A stretch of 64,000 bases of DNA, from NCBI GenBank assembly GCA_963730185.1, contig CAVSQW010000006.1, positions 416,001 to 480,000 of the forward strand, read 5' to 3'. This document shows, piece after piece, positions 31,562-40,834 of the stretch (positions are counted from its first letter, which is position 1; every line of letters starts with the position of its first letter). This stretch comes from an uncultured Gemmatimonadales bacterium (GTDB lineage: Bacteria > Gemmatimonadota > Gemmatimonadetes > Gemmatimonadales > GWC2-71-9). The position numbers and the translations under genes were made by a program. Below the pieces are notes generated by a model. That model did not search any database. It was not told the DNA's origin and saw nothing but the letters and a program-made list of their open reading frames with translations.

Positions 31562-32233
31562 ATGGCGACAGCTCTTCGACGAACCGGAATCGCGGCGCTC
31601 CTCGTGGCCGGCGTCGGGTCCGCGGGATGCGCGAACAAGACCCAGACCGGCGCGGCGGTTGGGACGGTTGGGGGGGCGGCGGCCGGCGCGGTCATCGGCA
31701 AGGTCGCGGGATCGACCGCCAAAGGGGCGATCATCGGCGCCGTGGTCGGCGGGGCGGCCGGCGCGATCATCGGGCACCAGATGGACAAGCAGGCCAAGGA
31801 GCTCGAGCAGAACATTCCGGGCGCCCAGGTCGAGCGGGTCGGCGAAGGCATCCAGGTGACCTTCGACTCCGGGCTCCTCTACGACTTCGACTCCGACGCG
31901 ATCAAGCCGACGGCCCAGGACAATCTCCGGCAGCTGGCGACCAGCCTCGGCGCCTATCCCAATACAGATCTGGTGATCGTCGGACACACCGACTCGGTCG
32001 GATCGGCCGACTACAACCAGCAGCTGTCCGAGCGCCGAGCAATGTCGGCGGCGCGGTACCTGGTGTCGGTCGGAGTGGACGGCGCCCGGGTGGTGACCCA
32101 GGGACGGGGCGAGACCGAGCCCGTCGCCAGCAACGACACCGAGGCCGGGCGGGCGGCCAACCGCCGGGTGGAAGTGGCCATCTTCGCCAGCCGTGCCTAT
32201 CGGCAGAAGCTCGAGAAGTCGAGCGGCTCGTGA
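31562..32233 (+). CDS. OmpA-family lipoprotein with glycine zipper
   Basis: SAGC lipobox, GA.G repeats, GHTDS.GS.DYNQ.LSERRA, NRRVE. Confidence 0.93.
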   Translation: MATALRRTGIAALLVAGVGSAGCANKTQTGAAVGTVGGAAAGAVIGKVAGSTAKGAIIGAVVGGAAGAIIGHQMDKQAKELEQNIPGAQVERVGEGIQVTFDSGLLYDFDSDAIKPTAQDNLRQLATSLGAYPNTDLVIVGHTDSVGSADYNQQLSERRAMSAARYLVSVGVDGARVVTQGRGETEPVASNDTEAGRAANRRVEVAIFASRAYRQKLEKSSGS

Positions 32234-32589
32234 GGCCGGGGCTCGCAGTGATCGGACGCCTGGCCCGCCTCCTCGCAGTCGGCGGCCTCCTGGTGTTGGC
32301 CGCGTGTCCCGGCGCCACGCCCATCAGGGACCTGCTCGACGATCCGAACCGTTACGAAGGCAAGACGGTGCGGATCGCCGGGGAGGTGACCGAGTCGATC
32401 GGCGCGCTCGGAGTCGGCGGCTACGAGGTCGACGACGGGACGGGCACGCTCCCGGTCGTGGTTCGAGGTGGGGGAGCGCCGCCTCGGGTGGGGGCCAAGG
32501 TGGGGGTCGAGGGAACCTTCCGATCGGCGTTCACGCTGGGCAACCTGACCGTGGCCGCACTGGTCGAGAAGAACCGCCGCGTTCCGTAG
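32230..32589 (+). CDS. Small OB-fold lipoprotein (hypothetical)
   Basis: LAAC lipobox, I.DLL.DP.RYEGKTV.I.GEV, Y.VDDGTG. GTGA overlap with the upstream gene; alternative start 32248. Confidence 0.7.
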   Translation: MRPGLAVIGRLARLLAVGGLLVLAACPGATPIRDLLDDPNRYEGKTVRIAGEVTESIGALGVGGYEVDDGTGTLPVVVRGGGAPPRVGAKVGVEGTFRSAFTLGNLTVAALVEKNRRVP

Positions 32590-32628
32590 TCGTCGCCTCG
32601 CCTCGAGCGAAGGGCCCACGGCGTGCTG

Positions 32629-32913
32629 ATGAGGCGCTCCCGTTCCGCCATCGCCCTCCTGGTCTTCGTCGCGGCCCTCCTCGCGGCCGCGGTCGCGTTT
32701 CAGCACCTGACGAGCATCGCCGGTCTGGTCGTCATCGGCCCCGGCTACCTGGTCCAGACCTGGCTGTTCGAGCGGCATTGGGCCCTGGGCGGACTGGGCT
32801 ACGCCGCCACGATGATCGGGGTCTCGGCTGCGTTCTGGACGCTGCTGGTCGGGCTGGTGGGGGGGGCGATCGGCTGGCTGATCCGCCGGTTGGGCCGTCG
32901 TCGGGACGTCTGA
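32629..32913 (+). CDS. Small hypothetical membrane protein
   Basis: 2-3 hydrophobic segments and a basic C-terminus; fills the gap between genes (alternative GTG 32623). Confidence 0.6.
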   Translation: MRRSRSAIALLVFVAALLAAAVAFQHLTSIAGLVVIGPGYLVQTWLFERHWALGGLGYAATMIGVSAAFWTLLVGLVGGAIGWLIRRLGRRRDV

Positions 32914-32993
32914 CCGAGGAAGGCGCCCATCCGGCCGGTCCTCCAAAAGGCGATGACGATATCTTTGAGCGTCACCCGCCCACTCAGGTATCC

Positions 32994-33710
32994 ATGCCCA
33001 CCGTTGGACTGGTCGGAGGGCTCGGCCCCGAATCGACGATCGACTACTACCGTCGGATCCTCGAATCGTGGTCCCGGATCGACCCCGGAACCGCGCCCTC
33101 GATCGTGATCGACAGCCTCGACGTGCAGCGGGCCCTCCGGTTGGTGGCGGGCGACCGGGGGCCACTGATCGAGTACCTGGCCGCGTCGGTCGAGCGGCTG
33201 GCCGGGGCGGGCGTGGACTTCGTGGCGATGACAGCCAACACTCCTCACCTGGTCTTCGACGAAGTGGCGGCCCGGTCGCGAGTTCCCCTGCTCAGCATCG
33301 TCGAGACCTGCGCGCTCGAAGCCCGGCAACTCGGGCTCGTGCAGCTCGCGCTTCTGGGTACCCGGTTCACGATGGAGGGCCCGTTCTACCCCGAGGTGTT
33401 CGGGCGTCACGGCCTCACCGTCGTCACACCGGACCAGCCGGAGCGAAGCTGGATCCACGAGCGCTACGTGGGCGAGCTCTTGAGGGGCGACTTCCGGGAG
33501 GAGACTCGCCTGGGCGTGGCGGCGGTCGTGGATCGGCTTCGCCGCGAGCAGGCCGTCGACGGCGTGATTCTCGGGGGGACGGAGCTTCCCTTGCTCCTCG
33601 GCGATCCGGTCGTAGCCGGGCTCCCCGCGCTCGACACCACGGCGCTCCACGTGGCGGCGATCGTCGCCCGGCTCCGCTCGACCGCTCAGGAGCGAGCCGG
33701 GCAACCCTAG
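32994..33710 (+). CDS. Aspartate/glutamate racemase family protein lacking the canonical Cys residues
   Basis: GLVGGLGPESTIDYY, ANTPH, LLGTRFTM, ILGGTELP. Confidence 0.88.
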   Translation: MPTVGLVGGLGPESTIDYYRRILESWSRIDPGTAPSIVIDSLDVQRALRLVAGDRGPLIEYLAASVERLAGAGVDFVAMTANTPHLVFDEVAARSRVPLLSIVETCALEARQLGLVQLALLGTRFTMEGPFYPEVFGRHGLTVVTPDQPERSWIHERYVGELLRGDFREETRLGVAAVVDRLRREQAVDGVILGGTELPLLLGDPVVAGLPALDTTALHVAAIVARLRSTAQERAGQP

Positions 33711-33852
33711 TCTCCCCCACTCCCGCCGAGGGACCTGCCAGACCATGCCGGAGTCGTGACGGAACGGCGACGGAGGGATGATCCCGTCGTGGCGCCACGC
33801 CGCGACCATCCCTCTCGGTGTTCAGCCACTCTCCTCACAACTGGACAGGTCC

Positions 33853-34938
33853 ATCTCACGTACTCTGACGAGTCTCTGGCTCGCCCTCGCCGCCGGCGCC
33901 TTGGGCACCGGCTGCGCCACGGACGTCCCCACCCCCACCGATCCGGCCCTCAGCGCGAACCGCGGCCGCGACACCAAGGTCGCCGACGGACGGGATCACG
34001 GCCGCGACGGGCACGGTCGTCGGACCGCGACAATGGCGGTCATCGGCGACGTCCCCTACGGCGATCCCGCGCGGGCCAGCTTCCCGTCCCTGATCGGCGC
34101 CATCAACCTAGATCCTGAGGTGCAGGTGGTCGTCCACGTCGGCGACATCAAGTCGGGCAGCACCCAGTGTACCAACGACTGGTTCCGCGCCATCTACGAC
34201 GACTTCCAGACCTTCGCCGATCCGCTGGTCTACGCCATCGGTGACAACGAGTGGACCGACTGCCATCGGGCCAACAACGGCGGCTACAACCCGCTCGACC
34301 GGCTCGCCGCGGTGCGCGAGATCTTCTTCTCCCAGCCGGGCTGGACGCTCGGCGCCCATCCGACGCGGACCCGCGCGGAGCGGCGCTACCCCGAGAACCA
34401 GCGCTGGAAAGACGCCGACGTGGTGTTCGCCAGCCTTCACATCATCGGGTCCAACAACGGGCTCGATCCCTGGTTCGGCGACCGGGTGCCGCCGGGTGAG
34501 ACCCCCGAAGAGACAGCTTCGCGGATCGCCGAGGTCACCGCCCGGAACAGGGCGAACCTCGAGTGGCTGGCGCGGACGTTCGAGGAGGCCCGGGAGGAAC
34601 ACGCCGCCGGGGTGGTCCTCTTCTTCCAGGCCGATCTCTGGCACCCGGAAGATCGGGCCGCCGGCGCGGACTTCAGCGAGCACACGGCGTTCGTCCAGCA
34701 ACTGGCGAAGCTGGCCTCGCGGTTCCGGGGCCAAGTGCTTCTGGTGAGTGGCGACAGTCATGATCTGCGGGTCGATCCGGGCGTTCCGTGGTTCAGCTTC
34801 TACGGCGCCGAGCCCCAGCCCAACGTGACCCAGCTGATCGTGGACCGGAGCATCGAGGCCGACATCGACTGGGTCAAGCTGACCGTCGATCCGACCTCAC
34901 CGACGGTCTTCAGTTGGGAGCAGCGTTTCGTTCCCTGA
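33853..34938 (+). CDS. Calcineurin-like metallophosphoesterase lipoprotein (start uncertain)
   Basis: IGDVPYG, HVGDIKSG, GDNEWTDCH, GDSH; lipobox-like GTGC. The ORF is open from ATG 33778; the signal peptide begins near 33853. Confidence 0.8.
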   Translation: MSRTLTSLWLALAAGALGTGCATDVPTPTDPALSANRGRDTKVADGRDHGRDGHGRRTATMAVIGDVPYGDPARASFPSLIGAINLDPEVQVVVHVGDIKSGSTQCTNDWFRAIYDDFQTFADPLVYAIGDNEWTDCHRANNGGYNPLDRLAAVREIFFSQPGWTLGAHPTRTRAERRYPENQRWKDADVVFASLHIIGSNNGLDPWFGDRVPPGETPEETASRIAEVTARNRANLEWLARTFEEAREEHAAGVVLFFQADLWHPEDRAAGADFSEHTAFVQQLAKLASRFRGQVLLVSGDSHDLRVDPGVPWFSFYGAEPQPNVTQLIVDRSIEADIDWVKLTVDPTSPTVFSWEQRFVP

Positions 34939-35106
34939 CGCACTCGCGCGCGATTCGCCGTCCGGCGGCGGGGCCTCAGGCCTCGCCGGCGGATCCGGCG
35001 TCGAGGCCGGCCTCGGCTTCCTTCGGCCGTTCGCGGAGGCCCGCGGCTTCGAGGAAGGCTCGGTGAGCGGGCTGTTCTGGGCGGGGCTCCGGGGTTCCTT
35101 CTCGCG

Positions 35107-35883
35107 CTAGCCGGCGACGACGGCGGCCGGCCGGGCGAAGAACCGCTTCCGATCCAGCCCGAGCACCAGCAGGCAGATCACGATCTGTCCCGCCGTGGCC
35201 GCCTGCACGCCCGCCGGCGAGCCGATCAGCTCTCTGGTGTGATTGGCCATCAGGTGGATGATGATCGCGGGCAGGATGTTTCCCTTGGTATGCAGGTGAC
35301 ACCAGGTCATCAAGATCGTGAGCGTGATGGTCCCGACGACGAACCACCAGAAGTTGAACTGGCTTTGCGGAAACCCCGGAATGACGAAGACCGGCAGGTG
35401 CCACACACCCCAGACCACGCCGAGGACGAGGGCCGAGGTGGCCGGCGACCACCGGTCCAGGAGGCGAGGGAGGGCGTAGCCCCGCCACCCCAGCTCCTCA
35501 CCGAGGGGGCCGGGATCGAGCAGGAGGCCGAGGCCGAGAATCCCCGGCACGGCCGAGGCGGCGGGAAACGAGAAAGGCGCCCCGGCCACGAGCATCCACA
35601 TCGCGGTGGCGACCGGCAGCACCAGGAATGCCACCAGATACCAGATCGGGTTGAACGCGAGCGGGTTGAGCCGGCGGAAGAGCGCGGCCAGGCCGGAGCG
35701 GCCTCCGTAGATCGCCGTCAGAGCGAGACTGATCAGGCTGGGCCCGTAGACCGCCAGAAAGAAGAGCGGGCTCCGGATACCCGACCCGCCCGCCGCCGGG
35801 ACCAGCGCGATGATGGCGGCGACGCCCCAGGTGAAGAGGTAGACGACGATGAAGAAGAGAAGAAGCTGGCGCTGGCGGCTCAC
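35107..35883 (-). CDS. CPBP (CAAX/Abi) intramembrane metalloprotease
   Basis: GEELGWRG, WGVWH, IIHLMAN; multi-pass hydrophobic. Confidence 0.92.
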   Translation of the reverse strand: MSRQRQLLLFFIVVYLFTWGVAAIIALVPAAGGSGIRSPLFFLAVYGPSLISLALTAIYGGRSGLAALFRRLNPLAFNPIWYLVAFLVLPVATAMWMLVAGAPFSFPAASAVPGILGLGLLLDPGPLGEELGWRGYALPRLLDRWSPATSALVLGVVWGVWHLPVFVIPGFPQSQFNFWWFVVGTITLTILMTWCHLHTKGNILPAIIIHLMANHTRELIGSPAGVQAATAGQIVICLLVLGLDRKRFFARPAAVVAG

Positions 35884-37382
35884 GAGGCGCCTCCGGCCAG
35901 GAGCTGCGCCAATATCCGATCGGCCACGCCCCGGGCGTCCGCGCCCGCGTCACCGGTCAGGAAGATGACGGCGGCTCCCCGGGCCGGCACCCGCTCGATG
36001 GCGGCCCGCCGTCCGTCCGCCGTGCCGAAGACGGCGTACCGCTCCTCCCCACCAACCGTGTCGACCTCCCAGCCTCGGTTCAGGTCGACACCGGGGCGGC
36101 GTCCGCCGGCGGCCCAGTCCGTTGGCGTCAGGCCCAGCACCAGCCGGTAGAGCTCGTCAACCGACGACTCGACGCCGCCGCCGTCCGAGGCCCGAGTCCG
36201 ATGGAGTCCGAAGCGCACGCCGACCGACCGGGTCAGACAGGCCTGGAACGGCGTGAGCGGCCGGGCCGGGCCGGCACCGCTCCCGCCCCGCCCGTTCCGA
36301 GGCGGCGGCGCCGGGAGCTGGGCGCAGAGCGAGTCGAACACCGCCTTGATGCCGCCGACGTCGAAGAGCGGAAGCGTGGTGGTCGGCATGTAGCGCGGTC
36401 CCTGGGGCACACCCCAGGAGCGATCCACCAGAACGCGGCCTTCGACGGCCACCAGGAGTGTCGCGCCACCATGCGCCCCGTCCCGGTACGGCGCCAGCAA
36501 GCTGTCGGCCAGACGGGTCAGGTCTCCGCGCGAGTCCGCGGCGCGACGGACCACCTCCCGGGTGGCCAGGTCGAACACGTCGCCCGGGTGGAGGGTGACG
36601 AACGGCTTGCCGGGGTCCGGCTGGCGGACCTGATAGGCGAAGGCCTGGCCCGCGCCGATGATGGTCGCGGTGTCGCCCCGGACGACCCAGGCGGTACCCT
36701 CGTCGGCCGAGATCGGGAGCAGCTCGGGGTAGCGGGGGACGATCGAGTCGGCTAGATCGGGGAGGCGCTCGCGGGCCACGACGTGCTGGTCGATCCCGAC
36801 CCCCCGCAGGAAGGCGAACCCCTTCTCGTGGCTGGGGTCGTCCATGATGAAGTTGTCGTTGGACGGGGCGCCGCGGACCAGGAAGTCGCCCAGAATGGTG
36901 GCCCCGGCCGAAGATCCGGCCACCACGCCGCCGCGGGCCAGCACCGAGTGGAAGCCCGCCTCAGTCTTGGTGCCGGCGTAGGCATCGACCAGGCGGTATT
37001 GTCGTCCCCCGTCGAACCAGACACCCCCGGCCCGATCGAGCACCGCGGCGAAGGAATCACTGTTGGCGACGGCGCGATCCGTCGTGTGAAGCACCACTAC
37101 GTTCCGGGCCCCGGCGTTTCGCCAGGCTTCGGCTCCCGGGTAGTCGGACGGATACGTCTCGCCGCCACCGGCCGTCGGCACCACCACGATCAGGGCGTCA
37201 GGACCGCCGGCCGCCTCGATGAAGGTGCGTCGGATCTCGGGGCCGAGCTGACCGCCGCCGACCGGGATCACGGTCCCCGCGGCCGGACCGACCTGAGGGG
37301 CGGCGGGCGCCGCCCCCTGAGCCAGTACGGTGCCGGAAAGGAGCAGCGACAGCGCTGCCGGGAGAATCGCGGAGCGGATCAT
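35880..37382 (-). CDS. Secreted cyanophycinase-like (peptidase S51) protein with a C-terminal degenerate beta-lactamase-like segment
   Basis: Signal peptide, VGGG, VPTA, GGRQ.RL, GSSAGA, IDQH..ARER, DEGTA. Confidence 0.85.
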   Translation of the reverse strand: MIRSAILPAALSLLLSGTVLAQGAAPAAPQVGPAAGTVIPVGGGQLGPEIRRTFIEAAGGPDALIVVVPTAGGGETYPSDYPGAEAWRNAGARNVVVLHTTDRAVANSDSFAAVLDRAGGVWFDGGRQYRLVDAYAGTKTEAGFHSVLARGGVVAGSSAGATILGDFLVRGAPSNDNFIMDDPSHEKGFAFLRGVGIDQHVVARERLPDLADSIVPRYPELLPISADEGTAWVVRGDTATIIGAGQAFAYQVRQPDPGKPFVTLHPGDVFDLATREVVRRAADSRGDLTRLADSLLAPYRDGAHGGATLLVAVEGRVLVDRSWGVPQGPRYMPTTTLPLFDVGGIKAVFDSLCAQLPAPPPRNGRGGSGAGPARPLTPFQACLTRSVGVRFGLHRTRASDGGGVESSVDELYRLVLGLTPTDWAAGGRRPGVDLNRGWEVDTVGGEERYAVFGTADGRRAAIERVPARGAAVIFLTGDAGADARGVADRILAQLLAGGAS

Positions 37383-37603
37383 GGCATCATACCGTCGGGG
37401 AGAGGTTCGAAACCGATCGTGCCTATTGTAGCACGACGCCGCCACCCGGCCAGGGGCCGGCGGTCGGGTCACCGAATGGCCGATCTGGCGATACATTCTC
37501 CTCGACTCTCCCCTGGAGCTCCGGTGCTCACCCTCCTCCGCCGACCCGGCCGGATGGGCGTCGCCGCCGGTCACGCTCCTGGTTCGTAACCCGTAGCGAG
37601 TAA

Positions 37604-37885
37604 ATGAGAGGCACGATGGCCATACCCGCCATAGCGATCTTCGCGGTCCTGATGGTGTTGATCCTCCAGCGGAACCGACGGCCGTACGGGGCGCCGCCCG
37701 GCCTGGCCGAGACCGTCCGCGACCTTCAGGAAGAGAACGAGACACTCCGGCAGGAATCGCTGGCCCACGAGCAGGCGATCGGCGAACTGGCGGAGCGGCT
37801 CGACTTCGCGGAGCGGATGCTGGCCCAGGTCCGCGAGGCCCGCGCTCTCCCGCCGGCCGACCCGGGACAGGCCGAACCCCGGTAG
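37604..37885 (+). CDS. Small membrane-anchored coiled-coil protein
   Basis: N-terminal TM segment, then ELAERLDFAERML. Paralogous to 50491-50769. Confidence 0.7.
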   Translation: MRGTMAIPAIAIFAVLMVLILQRNRRPYGAPPGLAETVRDLQEENETLRQESLAHEQAIGELAERLDFAERMLAQVREARALPPADPGQAEPR

Positions 37886-38132
37886 CGGGTCGAGGTCTCC
37901 GATTCACCAACCGCCCACGAGACGTTCCACCCCTGCGCGACCGCCGAACCCTAACGGGCATCGGGAGTTGCGGCCCTAACGCCAGCCGCGCCCGGGGCCC
38001 GGCCACCCGGATGCCGTGACCCTAACGGTACGATTTTCCGGCTCAGACCGACGAAGCCGCCCGTTTTCGAGTATCTTTAGGGTGATGCTCGCATCCATGC
38101 GGCACGAACTTCTCTTGCAGGACGGTGACCGA

Positions 38133-38501
38133 ATGCCAGAATCCCGTTCCACGAACCGTTCGATGTCCGGCGGCCGACGTTCCCTCGCGCAGCGCGTCGA
38201 AGACCGGGTCAGCCGGGCCGCGCAGGCCCGACGGCGTCGCCACGGGGCGGCCCGTCCCCGGATTCGCCCGGCCAAGCGCCCGACCGACGCGGCCCATGCC
38301 GCGCACGATGGCGAGGCCAAGGCGCTCCGCGACGTGTTCGTGGACCTGGGGGAGCGTTATCGGGCGTACCGACGACGCACCGGAACGCCGATCTCCCCGG
38401 TGATCCGTTCCGCCGCCTGTGCCTTCCGAGCCGAGCCCAGCCTGCTGGCCCTGATTCCGGTCGCGGGCCATCTCGACGATTTGTCGCTGCTCGACTGGTA
38501 G
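38133..38501 (+). CDS. Hypothetical basic protein
   Basis: Open frame filling the gap before a convergent gene; helical-looking C-terminal half. Start uncertain. Confidence 0.5.
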   Translation: MPESRSTNRSMSGGRRSLAQRVEDRVSRAAQARRRRHGAARPRIRPAKRPTDAAHAAHDGEAKALRDVFVDLGERYRAYRRRTGTPISPVIRSAACAFRAEPSLLALIPVAGHLDDLSLLDW

Positions 38502-38560
38502 CCCGCGCGGACCTCGCTTGTCCGCTCGACTCGACCGGCGCCGCTTGGACAGGGCGCCGG

Positions 38561-40753
38561 TCAACGTACCAGGATCTCGTCCGCGAAGATCCACGAGGGC
38601 TGCCCCGCCCCCGGATGACCCAGCGGCAGCGGTCCGGACGACCGCGCCACCACTCGCACCCAGCGCGCCGGATGCGGCGCGGCGAGCCGCACGGTCAGCG
38701 AACGTCGCTGCGCCTGTCGCGGATCGACCAGGCTATCGGGAAGAACCGATCCGACCAGGCTCCAGTTCAGGGCGTCCAACGAGAGCCAGACCGTGAGCTG
38801 TCTCGGCTCGACGATCCAGCTCTGGAGGTCCTGCAGAAACGAACCGGTCACCTCGCGAACGTCCACCTCACGTCCCAAATCGACGGTGGCATCGAGGTCC
38901 GAGCCCAACCATCCCTGCCAGAAGCCATCATGGAGATCGGTCGAGCCGAGGGCGTGATCGGTGAGGGTGTGAGGACCGGTGCCCGGGTACCGCGCGGAAG
39001 AGTGCTTGGCCAGCGCGACCGGTCGCCCCCAAGCCAGGTTGGGCATGAGGGCGTAAGTCCGCTCGTAGGGAAGCGGCTTCCCGTTCAGGTAGGCGGCGAC
39101 GGTGACCTGGCCCGAATCGGGCAGCGGCGAGGGCGTCGTGCGGATCGTGACGCCGGAGAAACCGGGAGCGGCCTCGACCCCGACCTGGCGGGTGGTCGAG
39201 TCGTACTTCGCCGTGAACATCACGATCGCCCGGTCGCGGGAACCGGCGGTCACCCCCATCGCGGCGAGCCGGGCATCCTGGTCGCGGTCGAGTCGGGCGA
39301 CGAAGTTGGGATACCCGCCTCCCGGGCCGCTCCAGACCGCCTCGGCAAAAGCGAGCACCCTGGGGAACATCATCGGATCGAGATTGACCGCCGTAATGTG
39401 CTCCGACCAGAACGCGGCCTCACCGCCCAGGACTCTGGCCGAGTCGGCCGGGGCCAGACTGTCGGGCGCAGGCTGGTAGCGGTAGACCGTCTCGAGCGGC
39501 AGCAGGTCGGCCTGCCGGTCCAGGTAGACGTCGCCCGGTGAGGCGATCACCGGATGTCCGGCTCGCGCGGCGAGCCGGGTCCGTTCGTCGCCCCGCCAGG
39601 CCTGGATGACCGCCGTCGGCGGGGCGCCACCGTCGAGGATCTCGTCCCAGCCGATCAGGGTCCGTCTCCGCCGGGTCAGCTGCCCTGCCAGCCAGCCGGT
39701 GAACCACCCCTGCAATGCCTCCTCGTCCGTCAGGTGCTCGTCCTTCATCCGCTGCTGCACCGCCGGCGAGGTCTTCCAACGGATCGTCGGCACCTCGTCG
39801 CCGCCGACGTGGAAATAGGGCGAAGGGAAGAGCGGCACGACCTGGTCGAGCAGATCGGACACGAAGTCGAGGACCTTCTGGTCGCCCACGCAGAGGATGT
39901 CGTCGAAGACCCCCCAGGTCGTCGGGACCCCAGTCGAGATGCCGGTGCAGCCGAGCCACGGATAAGCGGCGATCGCCGCGGAGGAGTGGCCCGGCAGATC
40001 GATCTCGGGTACCACCATCACGTGGTGCCGCCGCGCGAACTCCGCGACCTCGCGAATCTCCGGCTGGGTGTAAAAGCCTCCATAGCGGGTGCCGTCCGCT
40101 TCGGTGCGCCAGGCCCCGACCTTGGTGAGGAGAGGGTACTTGGGTATCTCGACCCGCCAGCCCTGGTCGTCGGCCAAGTGCCAGTGAAGGACGTTGATCT
40201 TGTAGCGGGCCAGGAGCGCGATCTGCCGCTCCATCTCGGGCACGGTGAGGAAGTGCCGGGCGACGTCGATCAGCGCGCCTCGCCAGTGGTAGCTCGGCCT
40301 GTCGTCGATGACGAGCGCGGGGATCTCCCAGGTCCGGCCTCGTCGCTGGTTCAACGACTCGAACTCGGGTGGGAGCAGCTGGCGGAGGGTCTGGACCCCC
40401 CAAAAGAGCCCGTCGGCATCGGCGCCGCGGACCGTGATCGAGTCGGGCGACACCTCGAGCCGATAACTCTCCGGCGGGCCTGAGGAGTCGATGGCGAGCG
40501 TGATCCGAGGCGACCTCGAACGGGCGTCCGTGCTGGTTCGGATTGGGGCCAGCGCGTCTCGGAGGAATTCGGCGGTCTCACGAGCCTCGGGCCGGTCCGA
40601 CGTCGCCACGATGGCAACGCCGTCTCGAAGCGGGAACGCACCCGGGTGGAGCGTGAGACTTCTCGGGCGGGGGACCAAGGCCGGGGGTTCGGCCGGACGA
40701 GCGGGCCGGGCCGCGGCGAGGGCGCCGAGCAGGGCCAGGGTGGTGATCAGCAT
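38561..40753 (-). CDS. GH20 beta-N-acetylhexosaminidase with C-terminal discoidin/F5-8-like domain
   Basis: Signal peptide, WRG..IDVARHF, HWHL.DDQGWR, PEIDLPGH, HVGGDE, GWDEI, WSE. Confidence 0.93.
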   Translation of the reverse strand: MLITTLALLGALAAARPARPAEPPALVPRPRSLTLHPGAFPLRDGVAIVATSDRPEARETAEFLRDALAPIRTSTDARSRSPRITLAIDSSGPPESYRLEVSPDSITVRGADADGLFWGVQTLRQLLPPEFESLNQRRGRTWEIPALVIDDRPSYHWRGALIDVARHFLTVPEMERQIALLARYKINVLHWHLADDQGWRVEIPKYPLLTKVGAWRTEADGTRYGGFYTQPEIREVAEFARRHHVMVVPEIDLPGHSSAAIAAYPWLGCTGISTGVPTTWGVFDDILCVGDQKVLDFVSDLLDQVVPLFPSPYFHVGGDEVPTIRWKTSPAVQQRMKDEHLTDEEALQGWFTGWLAGQLTRRRRTLIGWDEILDGGAPPTAVIQAWRGDERTRLAARAGHPVIASPGDVYLDRQADLLPLETVYRYQPAPDSLAPADSARVLGGEAAFWSEHITAVNLDPMMFPRVLAFAEAVWSGPGGGYPNFVARLDRDQDARLAAMGVTAGSRDRAIVMFTAKYDSTTRQVGVEAAPGFSGVTIRTTPSPLPDSGQVTVAAYLNGKPLPYERTYALMPNLAWGRPVALAKHSSARYPGTGPHTLTDHALGSTDLHDGFWQGWLGSDLDATVDLGREVDVREVTGSFLQDLQSWIVEPRQLTVWLSLDALNWSLVGSVLPDSLVDPRQAQRRSLTVRLAAPHPARWVRVVARSSGPLPLGHPGAGQPSWIFADEILVR

Positions 40754-40834
40754 GGCCTGAAGTGTAAATGGACATAACGTGGACGACATGGTCGCCCCGC
40801 GAGGCCCCTCGCTCGGCGCCCGCGGAGCCGCCGG

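Noticed and set aside
34976..35100. Minus-strand fragment AHRAFLEAAGLRERPKEAEAG..
   Set aside because: No start codon outside the CPBP gene; possible remnant only.
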